Assembly (NCBI GenBank): GCA_028534125.1
Contig: CM052818.1
Location: 20,648,001-20,712,000 of the forward strand
Reading direction: 5' to 3'
Length of the DNA: 64,000 nucleotides
Origin: Lama glama
Lineage: Eukaryota
Every line of letters starts with the position of its first letter. Position 1 is the first letter of the stretch. Of this stretch, positions 28,316 to 41,676 are shown piece by piece. Below the pieces are notes generated by a model. The model did no database searches, was not told the DNA's origin, and saw nothing but the letters and a program-made list of their open reading frames with translations. Both the position numbers and the translations under genes were made by a program.

Positions 28316-29917
28316 ACTTGAAAGGAAGGATCTTGTCAGTATGGGAGACTGAATTACAAAGTAAATGCATCCTGACACGCTAGGCAAATCTGTAACTGGG
28401 GGGAACAAAACAGGAACTCATTTTTTAAATCACCCTTCACCATGGTTTTCACCATTCCCTTGACACATAAAGACCAACCCTGGAGAGACAGGCAAATGGT
28501 TATCTCACTCAAATAGACAAGTTTCAGTTTTTGTCAGCCCAAAGGGTGGTCCGATCATCTGCCCCAACCTCAGTCAACAGCTAAAGAGCAAACTGAAAAC
28601 ATAAATAAACCAGTCTCCCTTACTACAAGTTCAAGATACATGGTATTGGCATTAACTATTGACCAACAAACTGGATGGATGGATAATGGTGGATAATGGA
28701 AGCCTGGTGGGTGATGATAGTTGAATCCAATGTGGCACAGCTATACAAGCACCTGAATAGGATTCAGGAAACCTGTTTTCTCATATTTTCTGCCTCTACT
28801 AGAGTTTTTACTTTCATCAAACCACTTAAGTTCTGAGCACTCAGTTTCCATCTATGCATGAGGATTAAGTGAGTATCTGTTACTAAATAGCAGTTTTTAC
28901 ACTCTTTCGGTTGGAGGGGAAAGGTTCCATGGACGTTCCCCTGATCTGACCATTCCTAAGAGAAAAAGAGAAGAGAGGAAAGCAAGAGGAGGTAAAGGGT
29001 AAGTTAGGAAGGAATTCTGATGCATTTGAATACCTTTGAAATAGAGCTTAAATGTACAAATATATAATGATATTAAATGTATAATGGTATTGATATTAAC
29101 ACCTGCTCACATCCTCAGCCCCTTGGCCTCAGTGTGTTTGGGAGATTAGAGACCTGTGCATATAAATAGCCCTGTCCCAAAACCCAAGAGACTAGGTGCT
29201 CATCCATCTGCCCCAGCCTCCAATTCCTCATTTAACTTCCCTGGGTCTTGTCCTCAAATATCAAATTAAGAGGAGGAATGTGTTTTTACTACCATACAAG
29301 TTTGACGGAAGAATCAGGAGAAAAAGTACAGACTTTTGAATAAATGTATTAACCTTTGGCAGTCTCCTGAGAGGTGAGGTCAAAACACATTATTTTTTGA
29401 AGACCCCACGTTCCTGATCAAAAAGTGCAAAACTGTCTGGTGTTGGCTGAAGTTTATGTAGCCAGTGCTGGAGAAACCCACCATGCATCACCAGGCACGA
29501 ATTGAGCTCTCTGACCTTGAACTTCAGATGGTTCAACCTAGGAACCCTGATGCACCATTATCTGATATTGAATGCCATTTGAAGGGGTGTCAGGAGATGG
29601 GGGTTCTCGGAGAACATAAGGCATTTCAGTTCACCAGGTCACTTCTGCATCCCACATAAGTTGCTGTGGACTTATTGACTGAGGATCTGTCAGGCAGGTT
29701 TTTCAGAACCAGTCTACCCCACCCATTCTTAAAAGGCCACCTCCTCCACAAAGCCTTTATCAATCTTTCCCCAGGGCAAGCTTAACACATCTACCTTTAT
29801 AGAATTGTTTGGGTGAGAAAATTGGTAGCTTATTGAGTACAGGGAACCCTAGTCTTTCCTACCTTATCTGTGTCTTACTCCCTCCTCAAGTCTGTTGAAT
29901 CAGAAATTGTGTTCCAG

Positions 29918-30165
29918 GCCAATGTTTCTCAAATTTTTAAATTTTTACTGGGACCAAAGTAAGAATTAAGATCATCATATAAATAATACATAAAACGGAA
30001 GCAGAAGTCTTCTAAAATAATATTTACCCTTAGTGCATGTAATGCATCCTGATCATTTTGCTATTGTTCTATTCTGTTTCCAGATATAAAATTGCTATCG
30101 GAGATCCAGCTAATTGATCTCATGACCTCAATGGATGGGTCTTGACCCAGAATTTGAAAAACTTG
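29918..30165. mobile_element. hAT-Charlie fossil (MER119-like)
   Basis: CAATGTTTCTCAAA start and GGGTCTTGACCCAGAATTTGAAAAACT end form degenerate Charlie-type terminal inverted repeats. Confidence 0.5.
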
Positions 30166-31774
30166 AGAAGACGTGCCCTTATCCTCTTTTCTCTCATCCT
30201 TCCCCCTCAAAAAGAAAAATAGATCCTCCTCCAAAAGTAGATAAAAATTCTGAAAGTTCTTAATCAATTTATATTTGGAAAGGGTCAAAAGACGCTCGCC
30301 TACCTAAAGTCCAAACCCCACCAGAGAAGGCACATGGCAGCCTTTTCGAGGTCTGGGACCCACAGGGCCACCTCTTCAGCCATCAGATACAAGCTATCTT
30401 AAATAGTATTAGTGTCATGTAGACATACGATTGCTAACTATCATGGAGTTGATTATATACATCATCTGGATTAGATCTTGATTACATACACTATGGTTTT
30501 TACAGATACTACCTGCCAGGTTGCTCTTCAAAAAAAAGGCTTCACTAATTCACACATCCACCAATAAATAGGTTAGGACAAGACCCAGTTTCCTCTCTCT
30601 GAAACTGACGTGATCAGGTTTCTCAAGTGGACCGTTCTCTCTTTCCTGTTCCTGGGGGCAGGTGCCCCTCCTTTGGTGCCCCAGGCACAAAGCAGGGCAG
30701 GGGGCACTTGTGAACCATAGGCTCCATCTGGGCTCTGAACCTGTCCTAGCATAAGGAGGGGCTTTAAAACTCTTTCTCGATAGGCCTAATTCACTTTCCG
30801 GGCCCTTGGGAGGCTTTCTTAGTCTAAAAAACTGCTGCACATGCCACCCACAAGGGGACAACCACGTGCCTCCATTTTCCTGCTCGTTTCTGAATCACTG
30901 TCTTATCTGTCTTCCTCCCTCTTTCCCCTTAAAATAGCTGGCTTTACGGTCGTCTGTGCACAGTCATATGATAAGCAGTGATAAAGACAAAAATTTTAAG
31001 AGCCAAGAAGGGATAAGGAAGCAAAGAAAGAGATGTGTTCTCTTGCTCGTGGGGGTGGGCTTCTAAGACTCCAGTTTCCTGGAAACAAAGCCCACAGATC
31101 AATTTTAAATCTTCAGCCCCAACAATGAGAGGGTGAGGCAGACTATTTGGCTCAGAAACCCAAATGCTGCTCTCCGCTCGGTGTTATCAGGGACTTAGGG
31201 AGATAGGAGCCCCTCTAGTCCCCACCAAGGGACAATCTCTAGCCTCAATTTTCCCATCTGTAAACTTTAGATGAAAATGCCATCCCTCTCCCCAGATTCC
31301 AAAGTGGTTCATCGTTGCCGCTTAATACAAGTGTGCGTGTGACATGTTTCACTTTTCAGAGGTATATAAAATGGGTCTTTCAACACAAGGAGGTAGGCAG
31401 AGCCAACATGACCATTCTCATTTGATAGCTGAGGAAACTGAAGTTCAGAGAGGTTACATTTCTTCCCCAAGGTCACACAGCACATGAGTTGATAAAGAAT
31501 AAACAAGCTACTGTGAATGCAGCACTTTGTGAATGTATGCTGGCCTTTAAATGCTTGAAAGAAGCCAGTAAATACAAGCTTGGCAAACCACGGCCCTTCC
31601 CTAGGTCACTCATTACAATGAGAACTACCATCTATCAAAGGCATGCCCCTCAGATAAAAAGCCACCCCAAGACCAAGCAACCCTCCAACACACAGAATCA
31701 AATCAAATGGACACTGACAACATCATAAATCCCATACCACATATTCTACAATTTATTTTCACAAGAGAATTATA

Positions 31775-32010
31775 ATAGTAATAATAGCTAACATTGTTAA
31801 GTGCTTATCATATGACAAGCACTTTCCGTGCATTGTATTATTTATCCCAAACAACACAATTAGATGGATGTTTTACAGATGAAGAAATGAAAGCTCAGAG
31901 AGGCTACACAGTTTGTCAAAAGGTCACACAGCTGGTTTAGTGGTACAATCAGGATTAGAACCCGCCTCCCTCTAATGCAAAGCCTCTGCATTTAACCATG
32001 ACACCACCTG
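31775..32010 (-). mobile_element. MIR SINE
   Basis: AATAATAGCTAACATT..TTTTACAGATGAAGAAATGAAAGCTCAGAGAGG..AAGGTCACACAGCTGG. Further MIR fragments at about 200-330, 31390-31490, 41020-41190, 42300-42545, 55590-55700 and 62570-62750. Confidence 0.75.
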
Positions 32011-33034
32011 CTTCAACACAAAGTGGCTGGGCTGCAACTTTTCCCCCTTATTTTTAAAGCAAAAAAAATATATATATATATATATAATAGGGGAAATTGT
32101 GTGGGGGGATAAGAGGGTATATGGGACTGTCTATATGGACTGCTCAATTTTTCTGCAAACCTAAAACTGCTCTAGAATTCATTATTTTTTAAATGCTGAA
32201 GTAAAAGATAAAAATCCTCCCCAAGTATCAGTACCCCCTCTTGCTTTTTTCTTTTTGAAAGCACATACAGATGTGTATGAGTATAATTTTAAATATTGCA
32301 TTCTGTTCTGTCACAGAAGGAAGGAGAACACCCCCAAACAAATATCTAAAGGACATATATTTTTTCGGTAAAACTTACTGTAATTTAATGTTAAAATTTA
32401 TTTTAACTCATCAAGCATCTATTATGTTCAAGGCAACATGCCAAGAGTTAGCACAAAATGACACTAGTTTTTCTACTCAGGACATTTTCTGTGGTGTGGA
32501 TCGTCCACACTAGACATCAATACGTGTAAACGGAGGGCATAGATGACAAATGCCACCAGGATTCCCAAGGCCAAAAGAGCCGTAGCCTTGAGAGTTCTAG
32601 GAATGATGATGGTTCCAAAGGGATGAGACTCGGCTGGATGGCTAGAGTACCCCAGGAACATGGACATGGTGGGACCTGGAGCACAACGAAACCCTGGGCA
32701 CGGAGGACAGAAACAAGCCCTCATGGAGCAGATTCTCAGCACAGATGATGTGGGGTTCACTTGGCAGAAAAGAGGGGAGGGATGGGTGCAAGCCATGCAG
32801 GGTCCAGAAGTGCCTGGCAGGATGATGGGGCTGGACTCTATCCTATAAACACCTGGGGATGGAGGGACACTGTCAATGGCTCTGAGCACCTAGAAAGGGT
32901 ATTTAGTGCCATCGCACAACTTTTTCACAAATCCTCTGGATTCCAGAGAACCAAACTACTAAAGATATGAAAATCAAGCCGAAGGCTGTCACCATGAATT
33001 AGTACTCAGGCACCTGGAACTTAAATGAGATATT

Positions 33035-33175
33035 CTTAGATAAACAACGGGGTCCTACTGTAAAGCACAGGGAACTATTTCAAAAGCTTGTAATAATCTA
33101 TGATGAAAAAGAATATATATATGCTGTACCCCAGAAAATAATACAACATTATAAATCAACTATACTTTAATATGA
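33035..33175 (+). mobile_element. L1 3'-end fragment
   Basis: GATAAACAAC..CCTACTGTAAAGCACAGGGAACTAT..ATGCTGTAC..AAATCAACTATACTT, a more diverged copy of the same 3' UTR. Confidence 0.75.
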
Positions 33176-33575
33176 AGAAATGACATATTCTTTTCTAAAA
33201 TGAAAACTATTATCTATTTCTAAACCAGCTCAGTGGTCATGGTTAGGGACTGTGCCCTTTCCGTGAAGAGAGCCCTGATATTCACCGTGGGAATAAGGAG
33301 ACACGGCGGGGTCCTGCTGCTCATAACAGGCCAGTGAGGAGAACTCAGCTTCAAACGTGAAGGCAGGAAGGAGGCCATCTCCATGATTCTAGGGGTTCTT
33401 GAAAGCAAACCCCAACTGAAAAACACGTTCCCTACTTTTGGTTAATGCTGGAATTATTTTAACAGGAGGCTAAGCCTTCCATTTTGAAGTGACTGTAAAT
33501 TCCCTTCCTCTGCCCTAGGGGGACAAAGAGATGTCTGGGCATGTTTCATTATTGGGCTTGGGGGACACGGAGGCC

Positions 33576-33766
33576 CAGGTTGCCAGGTTTAACAAATAAG
33601 AAGACAGGACTCTCAGTTAAGTTCAAATTTCAGATAAACACTAATGAACACTTTATTAGTATAAGTAGGTCCCATGCTATACTTAGGACATATCTACAGT
33701 AAAAAATAAAAGTTTGGTTGTTTATCTGAAATTCGAATTTAAGTGCACATTTATCTGGCAACTCTG
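33576..33766. mobile_element. MER53-like palindromic MITE
   Basis: Self-complementary element of about 190 bp: GTTGCCAG/CTGGCAAC ends, AATTTCAGATAAACA/TGTTTATCTGAAATT arms, central GTCCCATGC..TAGGACATA. Confidence 0.82.
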
Positions 33767-35454
33767 GGCTCAGGGCTATGAAAGAAATAGGATGGTGTCA
33801 AGGAGGAGGAGCAAAGGATACGGGCTTGGGTGCCAACGACAAACTTTTTTACCTACTTCAAGATAGGGTGACTTTGCAAAAGCACGCAGCTGCTCATCAG
33901 TAGGACATGGTTAAATGCCCAAGCCCTTTCACCCACACTTATCTCATTTACTCCTCCCAGCAACCCTACAGCCTTAAAAGGATGACTAGTACTAACGCTT
34001 TTCATGAGCTAGGAAGCAAAAGTTGCAGGATGGTAAGTGAATTTTCATAAACTCACAGAGTTATTAAAAAAAAAAAAAGACATCTTGCTCCTGGGCGAAT
34101 TCTGAAGGATTTGAAGGAAGAAGATGACTTATTTGACTAAAGAGAAGAAAAGGCAGTTTCTGAGAAATGATCCAGTAAAGAAGGGCAGATGAGCTATTTG
34201 CCACATTTATTTTTGTTATTTCAATGTAAATTATCTAAAATGAAATCTGAGCTTAAAGACCACGGGTCTCAACAGAAAATTAACAAGTAAATGTATAGTC
34301 CTTAAAAGCATACAGTAATCCTCTCAAAAGACTGACTGTTCTTCAACTCTTGGTACTCTTAAGCAATTCCAATGTCTAGGGCAAAAGCAAGGTCCTACTC
34401 TCTAAATGGAGTGGCTTTGGGTGCTGCCTACATTTGGGCTGGGCCAAGCAGTCAGTGTGCACTGCATGGGAGGGTGGGCTTACAGAAGACACATGGTGGT
34501 GAAATAAAGTCAGATGCACTTTGGCCCAGAGAAATGGCCTGTACACCTGGACCACAGCAAAATGGGCTGTTAAAACACCCTTAACCTCAGTTGCCACATT
34601 GGGCCCACAAGCTAATGCAGGTGTGATGTTCAGGTCAAAACGCAATGCGGTCTCTGCTTTTTAAAAAGGCAAGAGGGAACAAAGCGTCGGGAAGGTCCCT
34701 TCAGTAGGACCACAAAGAAAGCCCAAGGGTGGGTCATCTACGTTCCCTGCACCTCCCATCACAAGAGGTCACTTAAGAAGGGCTAAGAGTGGGAGTCCAG
34801 TTCTGCACACTTGGAATGCAGCAAATGTTGCTGGCTCATTTCAGAGAGGGAGGGGAGTAGAGACTCTAAAAGGTTTTGCTTGAGACTCTTCATTGGGAAT
34901 TACTGAACATAATCCTCAGACAGAAGCACAGTTTTACCTGTACCTAATAATAAATATTAATTGCAGGTATTGACAAATAATAATTAATTACTATTTTTTT
35001 AAAATCTGCTAGAAGCTGGACACGTTTAAGTGTCTCCTCTAATATTAAAGTAACTCCACAAGAGAGCTATTGTTGTCTTCTATAGATAAGGAGACTGGTA
35101 CAGACAGATTAAATAATTTGCCCAATATTCTGCAGCCAAAACTGGTCAAAGTAGAATTCAGCCTAGGAGGGACTGACTCCAAAGCCCACACTATTTTTTT
35201 TTATATTCATGAATTTAAACAAGCCACCACTCAATTACATGAAGGATGCTACAAAGCTATTTTCCATCTTTGTCGGGCCTATCAAGAAATAAAAAAAAGA
35301 AAATTAACTGGAAATACAGCATGCAAGATTGAGGTTAGCCCTCAGGATAGATTTCCTTGATAACAAAGAGTTCAATATATCATGAGTGATTTTGTTCAAC
35401 ATTTTGCTCTGAGCAAAATTCCTAGAACATAGAAAGTATTCAATATATATTTGC

Positions 35455-35515
35455 TGAATGGCTGGCTGGCTGGCTAGTTGGCTGGCTGGCTAGATGGATG
35501 GATAGATTAATGAAT
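35455..35515. repeat. Degenerate (GGCT/GGAT)n tetranucleotide repeat
   Basis: Directly visible; follows an L2-type 3' end (ATATTTGCTGAATG). Confidence 0.8.
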
Positions 35516-35924
35516 AAATAACCCATTCTATCCACTGTTCCCTTTCTTCAGATATCTTACTGTTTTGTTTTTTGTGTGTGGTTTTTTTTTAATAAAGCAA
35601 TTATTTTTGGATTGTACTCCTACTTAAATCTCACTAGTTTCCTAACTACCCTCATAACCCAAAATTCTAAAAACTGCCTGTTCAACATTCTTTATGCTCT
35701 TCTTCCAACTCACAGGGGCTCCCTCCCCTGTCTACTCAGATTCTATTTTCTACAAGGACTGGCTCCAAATCACACCCAAGAAGCCTCTGCCAACTACTAG
35801 AACCCACATTAATCCCCCTCTCCCGTGAATTCCCACAGTTCTTTGACTTCACTGTTTCATAAAAGGGTGTTAACCGTGAATCTCCAAATGGCCCAGTGGA
35901 GAAAGGTCCACTCATTTTTTTCTG

Positions 35925-36200
35925 ATTACGTTTTTCAAAATATGTCCACAAAACACTAGTTCTATGGTGCCAATCTTTTTTTTTTTTACAAATAAGAATA
36001 TTCTATGATGAAATAAGCTTTAGAAATAGGTGGTTACATATAGAGGCATGGAAGTCCCTTTGCTATATAGGTCATCTTGTAGTCCTTAATATGCTAATGT
36101 ACATTTGACTCTGTAACATTTCCCAACCTCTTTGATTGCAGACACCTGAAAATATTACAAAAGACTCCTATGCTTTGAAAGATATTCTGGCAAATACTAG
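35925..36200. mobile_element. hAT-Charlie fossil (MER112-like)
   Basis: AACACTAGTTC..CCTTAATATGCTAATGTACATT..CATTTCCCAACCT. Confidence 0.5.
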
Positions 36201-38315
36201 TCGATCACATGCTCCGTCCTTGCTGGCTGATTGATGAGTCTGTCAGCTGCCCCAAATGGTTTAGAAAATCATCAATCTAGAAGGTAGGGGAAATGGATTC
36301 ATAGACCCTGCATTCTAGAAATTCCGCTTGCTTGTGTGTTTGTTTTTTAGAATATCCTCTGAATGGCTCAGTGGTACAGATAGAGGGCTCCATTTTAAAA
36401 ATACATGTATTTTTGTGGGCCTTGAACACTAGGTAAAGAAGTGAGCTTTCAGAAATAGCTTTGTGAGTTTTATCACAACAATAAAGAAGGATGAGGAGGG
36501 GGAAAGGCAGAAGTGGGCAATTTTTCAGGGGAGATAAGACTGAGCTTCATGGAGAACAATAAAGATACAATGCCATCAGGCACAGTCAAGGCCGAAAATG
36601 CAGAAAGCCAAGTCAGGACCACTGTTCACAGAGGCCTTACGGAGTATCTAGACCATGCTAACTCCTGCTTTCACAAATGTGGAATCTAAGGTCCAATGCC
36701 ACCATGTAATGGAAGTCACCTCACTCACCATTCAATAAATTTCTCAAGGAAAGAAAAAGGTATTAGCCAATCCAACTCTGGAGAGGCAAGGTCCAGATGT
36801 CCCCAGGCTCTGAAAGCCTTCTGATGAGCTCTCATGCTTAGTTGTAATTTCACATACCAGTATATTTATGTTACTTCTTGATTAATACTGTGTCTCCTAC
36901 TAAACTATATGCTCATGAGAGCAGGGATCAGGTTCCTAGCATGGTGCCTGGCATAGCAGATATTCAAAAAATATTCGCTAAGTGGCTGAAAGGATGGCTG
37001 GAACAATGAATGAAGACTTCTCTTTGTCCACTGGGTAGAATCTCTTGTGGGTTCTACCATCTTTCTTTTCAGCACTGCACTAGATGATGAAATTTGAAGA
37101 AGAGCAGAATCTAAGTCACTCTGGTTAAAGAGTGCTGCCTATTTGAGCTTCTACAAGACAAACCCCAAACAGGCAGCCTTTTACAACCAACAGACGAGGT
37201 TACGTGCACTTCTGTGTGGCTCATGCTCTGGTCGACAAGCCTCTGTTGGGTATAAGACACGTCTGCTCGAAAGATGCTTACGTCTGGCTGCGGAAAGACA
37301 ACTGGCATCAAGAGATGCTATAGTCTGAAAAAACAAACAAATCTATTCAAGAAGGACATAAGCAAAATCAACGTCTATTTTTAACCCTCAATCATTAATC
37401 ACAGATGCGCCCACCATGATTTTTCTAAACCATTCTTGAGCCTGATTACATCTTGAACCTGGGTTAGTAGCTCAATGAATTTACTCCTTGCAGGTAAGTG
37501 AAAGTGACTTTGCACAAGCTTAAAAACGACCACTCTGAGACTTCAAGGTGAGGTAGAGGAGACAGGGGTTGGGGGAGGGGGACAGGGTTGAGGACGGGAA
37601 GGTCCTTATTCCTGTACTGAGATCTGGTGACAGGCTTGCACTCCTTTTCCTCCCAGGCAACAGATACTACAGAGCTCAGTCATATTCCCTGCGAAGTCTC
37701 CATTCATTTAGAGGTCGGTAAGGTACAATGACAACAGTCTGTTCCTGTCCTCTCAGTGCTCCCAGTGCAGTGCAGGCTTTTGCCCACTTCACATGGCTTC
37801 TGCCAGAAAACTGGATTTCAAACAGGTGCAGCCTGCTGATTAGCATTATAATAGATTGTAATTGCTTAACAAGCCCATATATACCCGGAGGAACTTGGAG
37901 AGAAATATAGTGTTTTGCCAAGTGTAGCTTTTATTTATGTAAAATACTGCAGGCCTGCTCCCGAGTTCTTTGAGTCTAAGTGAAACCCCTGGAAGCTTTG
38001 TCTGCGTGTGCTTCAATGAGCTCTGCGAGTTCAGGCGCTGGAATTTAAAATTTCACTTATTGCTGCTGCCAATTACAAAGGGTTTTGTATCTAAAGCCGT
38101 TATGAGCATTTAAACTTGATTTTAAACTCGGCAAAGGGTGGACAAGTGGGCTTTTTCCTCTTCTCGGTATCATGGAACCCTGCGCCAGCTCCGAACACCC
38201 AGAGGGTATACAATTCCTACTTTTAGAAACCTCAGACCATCATCCTGCTCTGTAATGGTTATACAGCATTTGGAAACTTTATTTTGTGTGACAGTTTCCA
38301 TTCTTAAAAAAATGG

Positions 38316-38675
38316 TCTAATTGGGAGTTCAAAATTTGCAGATACTACTATATATAAAGCAGATGGGGGAGGGTATAGCTCAGTGGTAGAACGTGTGCTT
38401 AGCATGCACGAGGCCCTGGGTTCAACCCCCAGCATCTCCATTAAAAATATAATTAAATAAATAAACTTAATTACCTCCCTCTGAGAAACAAATAAAAATA
38501 AAAACAGATAAACAAGTTTCTACTGTATAGCACATGGAACTATATTCAATATCTTGTAGTAACCTATAGTAAAAAAGAAGATGAAAACGAATATATGTAT
38601 ATGTATGACTGAAACATTATGTTTTACACCAGGAATTGACACAGCATTGTAAACTGAAAATAAAAAAGAATGCAA
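38316..38675 (+). mobile_element. 5'-truncated L1 3' end interrupted by the SINE
   Basis: Same 3'-UTR motif set as the 41677 and 17088 copies (CTACTGTATAGCACA..GAACTATATTCAA..GACTGAAACATTATG..GAATTGACAC). TSD AAAAAAATGG at 38306-38315 and 38676-38685. Confidence 0.85.
38365..38500 (+). mobile_element. tRNA-Ala-derived SINE (camelid vic-1 type)
   Basis: GGGGGAGGGTATAGCTCAGTGGTAGAACGTGTGCTTAGCATGCACGAGGCCCTGGGTTCAACCCCCAGCATCTCCA, with box A 38376-38386, AGC anticodon remnant 38401-38403, box B 38419-38429 and an A-rich tail. Imperfect TSD AAAGCAGAT/AAAACAGAT. Confidence 0.88.
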
Positions 38676-39109
38676 AAAAAAATGGCTTGAGTTCTTACAA
38701 TGTATATGTATACTAAACCATCCCACTGTACATCTTAAATGTATACAATTTTTACTTGTCAATTATCCCTTAGTAGGCTGGAAAACATAAAACAGTAAAA
38801 AATAAAGACACCTCAGATTTGATGGAGATGCCTCAGGTTGGTGTAAACTGCCACGTTCTCTCATAAGAACATCTTCAAGGATCCCACAGATTTTTATACA
38901 ATAAAATACCCTTTTCTTCTGCCTTCTCCTCACTTTTTCCAACTGTATAGAAAGACTGTTTAATGAATTCACTCAACTGCTTACCCTACGGTCTTCCCAA
39001 GTAGATTTCCTACCCCTCAGAGTCAGAAATGATTCCAGACACCATTTTTATTTAACCAAGCCCCCAATATCTACCATAGTGCTAGACCACAGGCAGGTAC
39101 ACCCTTGTT

Positions 39110-40050
39110 GGATTGAATTCATTCTCTCGTTCAACAGTGTGTCAGGAATTGTTTTGAGTACCAAGAACAGAGCAGTGAACAAAAACCTCCACTTTTATAG
39201 AACCTCTATTCTGGTGCTAGAGATGGGCAATAAAGATAAATGAGGAAAATATATAATACATAAGGAAGAGATAAGAGCTAAAAAGCAAAAATAAAGCAGG
39301 AAAGGAACATATAAAGTGTCAAGGAGAAGGGTAAAATTTTACACCAGGTTGCCAGAAAAGGCCTTACTGAGAATGTAACATTTGGGCAAAGGCTTGATCC
39401 AGGAGGGTATCTGAGGAAGGAACATTCTAGAAGGATGGAACAGCAGGTGCAAAGACTGAGGAAGGAACACGGTGAGTAAGTTTAAGGGTGTCAAATGGGT
39501 CAGTATGACCAGGAGAGAACTGAACAGGTGAGGATAGTAAGCAGTGGAGTCAGAGAGGTCATAACAGGAGGCCGACCATGTTGGCCTTATAGACGGTGAA
39601 AAGGACTTGAGTTTTCACCCTGATAGATTTGCGAGCAGAGTAACAGGATCTGATGAAGTTGGGGCAGCAGGGTACCAGTTAGGAAGCTGTTGAAATAATG
39701 GAAAGATGATCAGATTTGGGACATATTTTGAAGGCAGAGGCAACAGATGTTGCTGAGGGACTGGATATGGGATGTGTGAGAATGAGGCACATCCACAATG
39801 GTCTGGGCAGTTGGAAGGATGGAGTTGACATTTCTTGAGATGGGGAAAACCATGAGAGGCTTAAACTGGGAAGGGGGGATATCAGATATACACTTCTGGA
39901 CATGACTGAATTTGAGATGCTCTTTCCACAATCAAATGGTGATGATAAGAAGGCAGTCCTGAATCTCAAGGGCAGGCAGGGGCTAGAATTAGGAATTCAG
40001 AGTCAACAGCATTGAGAATATATTTAAATCCATGAAACTGGATGAAATTG
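39110..40050 (-). mobile_element. L2 LINE remnant
   Basis: ATTCATTC..TTCAACA start. GATTTGGGACATATTTTGAAGGCAGAG and GGAAGGATGGAGTTGACATTT are typical antisense L2. Confidence 0.75.
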
Positions 40051-40126
40051 GTACAGCAAAACCAAAACAGCAGCTCCCAAATATCCCTATTTCCAATTAC
40101 TCATATGCTTCAATAAATAATTAACC

Positions 40127-40273
40127 ATGGGTATAGAGGGAACATATCTCAACATAATAAAAGCTATATATGACAAACCTACAGCCACCATAGTTCTCAA
40201 CGGTGAAAAACTCAAAAGCTTCCCACTAAAATCTGGGACAAGACAAGGATGCCCACTATCACCACTCCTATTC
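40127..40273 (+). mobile_element. Young L1 insertion, ORF2 reverse-transcriptase fragment running into the assembly gap
   Basis: Uninterrupted translation [48 protein letters not shown] (L1 RT QGCPLSP motif). Perfect 15-bp direct repeat at 40112-40126 and 40774-40788. Confidence 0.93.
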
Positions 40274-40773
40274 NNNNNNNNNNNNNNNNNNNNNNNNNNN
40301 NNNNNNNNNNNNNNNNNNNNNNNNNNNNNNNNNNNNNNNNNNNNNNNNNNNNNNNNNNNNNNNNNNNNNNNNNNNNNNNNNNNNNNNNNNNNNNNNNNNN
40401 NNNNNNNNNNNNNNNNNNNNNNNNNNNNNNNNNNNNNNNNNNNNNNNNNNNNNNNNNNNNNNNNNNNNNNNNNNNNNNNNNNNNNNNNNNNNNNNNNNNN
40501 NNNNNNNNNNNNNNNNNNNNNNNNNNNNNNNNNNNNNNNNNNNNNNNNNNNNNNNNNNNNNNNNNNNNNNNNNNNNNNNNNNNNNNNNNNNNNNNNNNNN
40601 NNNNNNNNNNNNNNNNNNNNNNNNNNNNNNNNNNNNNNNNNNNNNNNNNNNNNNNNNNNNNNNNNNNNNNNNNNNNNNNNNNNNNNNNNNNNNNNNNNNN
40701 NNNNNNNNNNNNNNNNNNNNNNNNNNNNNNNNNNNNNNNNNNNNNNNNNNNNNNNNNNNNNNNNNNNNNNNNN
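40274..40773. other. Assembly gap (500 N)
   Basis: Run of N bases. Confidence 1.
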
Positions 40774-41676
40774 AATAAATAATTAACCTTTGACTCTAGT
40801 GGCCACAGTTCCAGACTTTCCAAAACAATCTCATTTCACATAATTCTCATATTTTCAAAAAGGCAATTGTTCAGTGTAACTAAATTATTTTTAGATGATG
40901 TGAGACTTACATAAATACATTCACAAATCAAAGAGAAAAATATCTTTCACTGGACCATATGTTCTGATTAAAGATTCTAAAACTACAAATACACACACAC
41001 GTAACTCTTCAATTATTAATACAATGATTAGATCGTCCTGGAGCCGGGCCCCTTACTAAGAACTTTACAGAGATTCCCTTATTTCTCACAACAACCCTAA
41101 AAGTGAGAACTATTATATTCCATTTTACAAAGAAACAGACGTGAAAAGCCTAAGTCACATGCCCAAAGACACACAACCAGTGAGCAGTTGAGGCATCTCT
41201 GTATTTAGAGCTCAGAGATTCTGGGCGAGGGGCCCATTGAGGAGCTAGTGAGCTGAGGGCCTCAAATAGTCACTAAAGACACAGAGAAGGAGAAACAGGA
41301 CAGACAGACAAGGCCTGACAGTCCTCGAGGCCCGAGGCCCTTTAACTTCAGGGACCCAAAGTCAAGCTGCTCTCTGATAGCACTGGGGCAACCCTTTCTT
41401 TGGGTAGTTGTTAAATAAGCTATTATTACCAAGGGAGCAATAATTAATTAGATAGTAAGTATTATAGGAGTCAGGAGGGAGCAGAGCAGGGAGAATCTGG
41501 AACGTCAGCTGCTAGGGGACGAATTCAAGACGCAGGTGCACATAAAGCGGGTGTAGACCATTCCCAGGACTCCCACTCCTTTCCAGACCATCCCCACCTC
41601 GCTCTGCTTAAATGATAACAGAGGTTTTCAGGAGATCCTCTGAGACAGACTGCCTTACAAATGTCCTGAAGATAGA

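Noticed and set aside
38365..38440. Possible tRNA-Ala(AGC) gene
   Set aside because: Extended 5' G-run, mismatched stems, A-rich tail with TSD and no T-run terminator indicate a SINE.
40127..40823. 177-219 aa ORFs spanning the N run
   Set aside because: Their length is an artefact of translating Ns; only the L1 RT portion is real.
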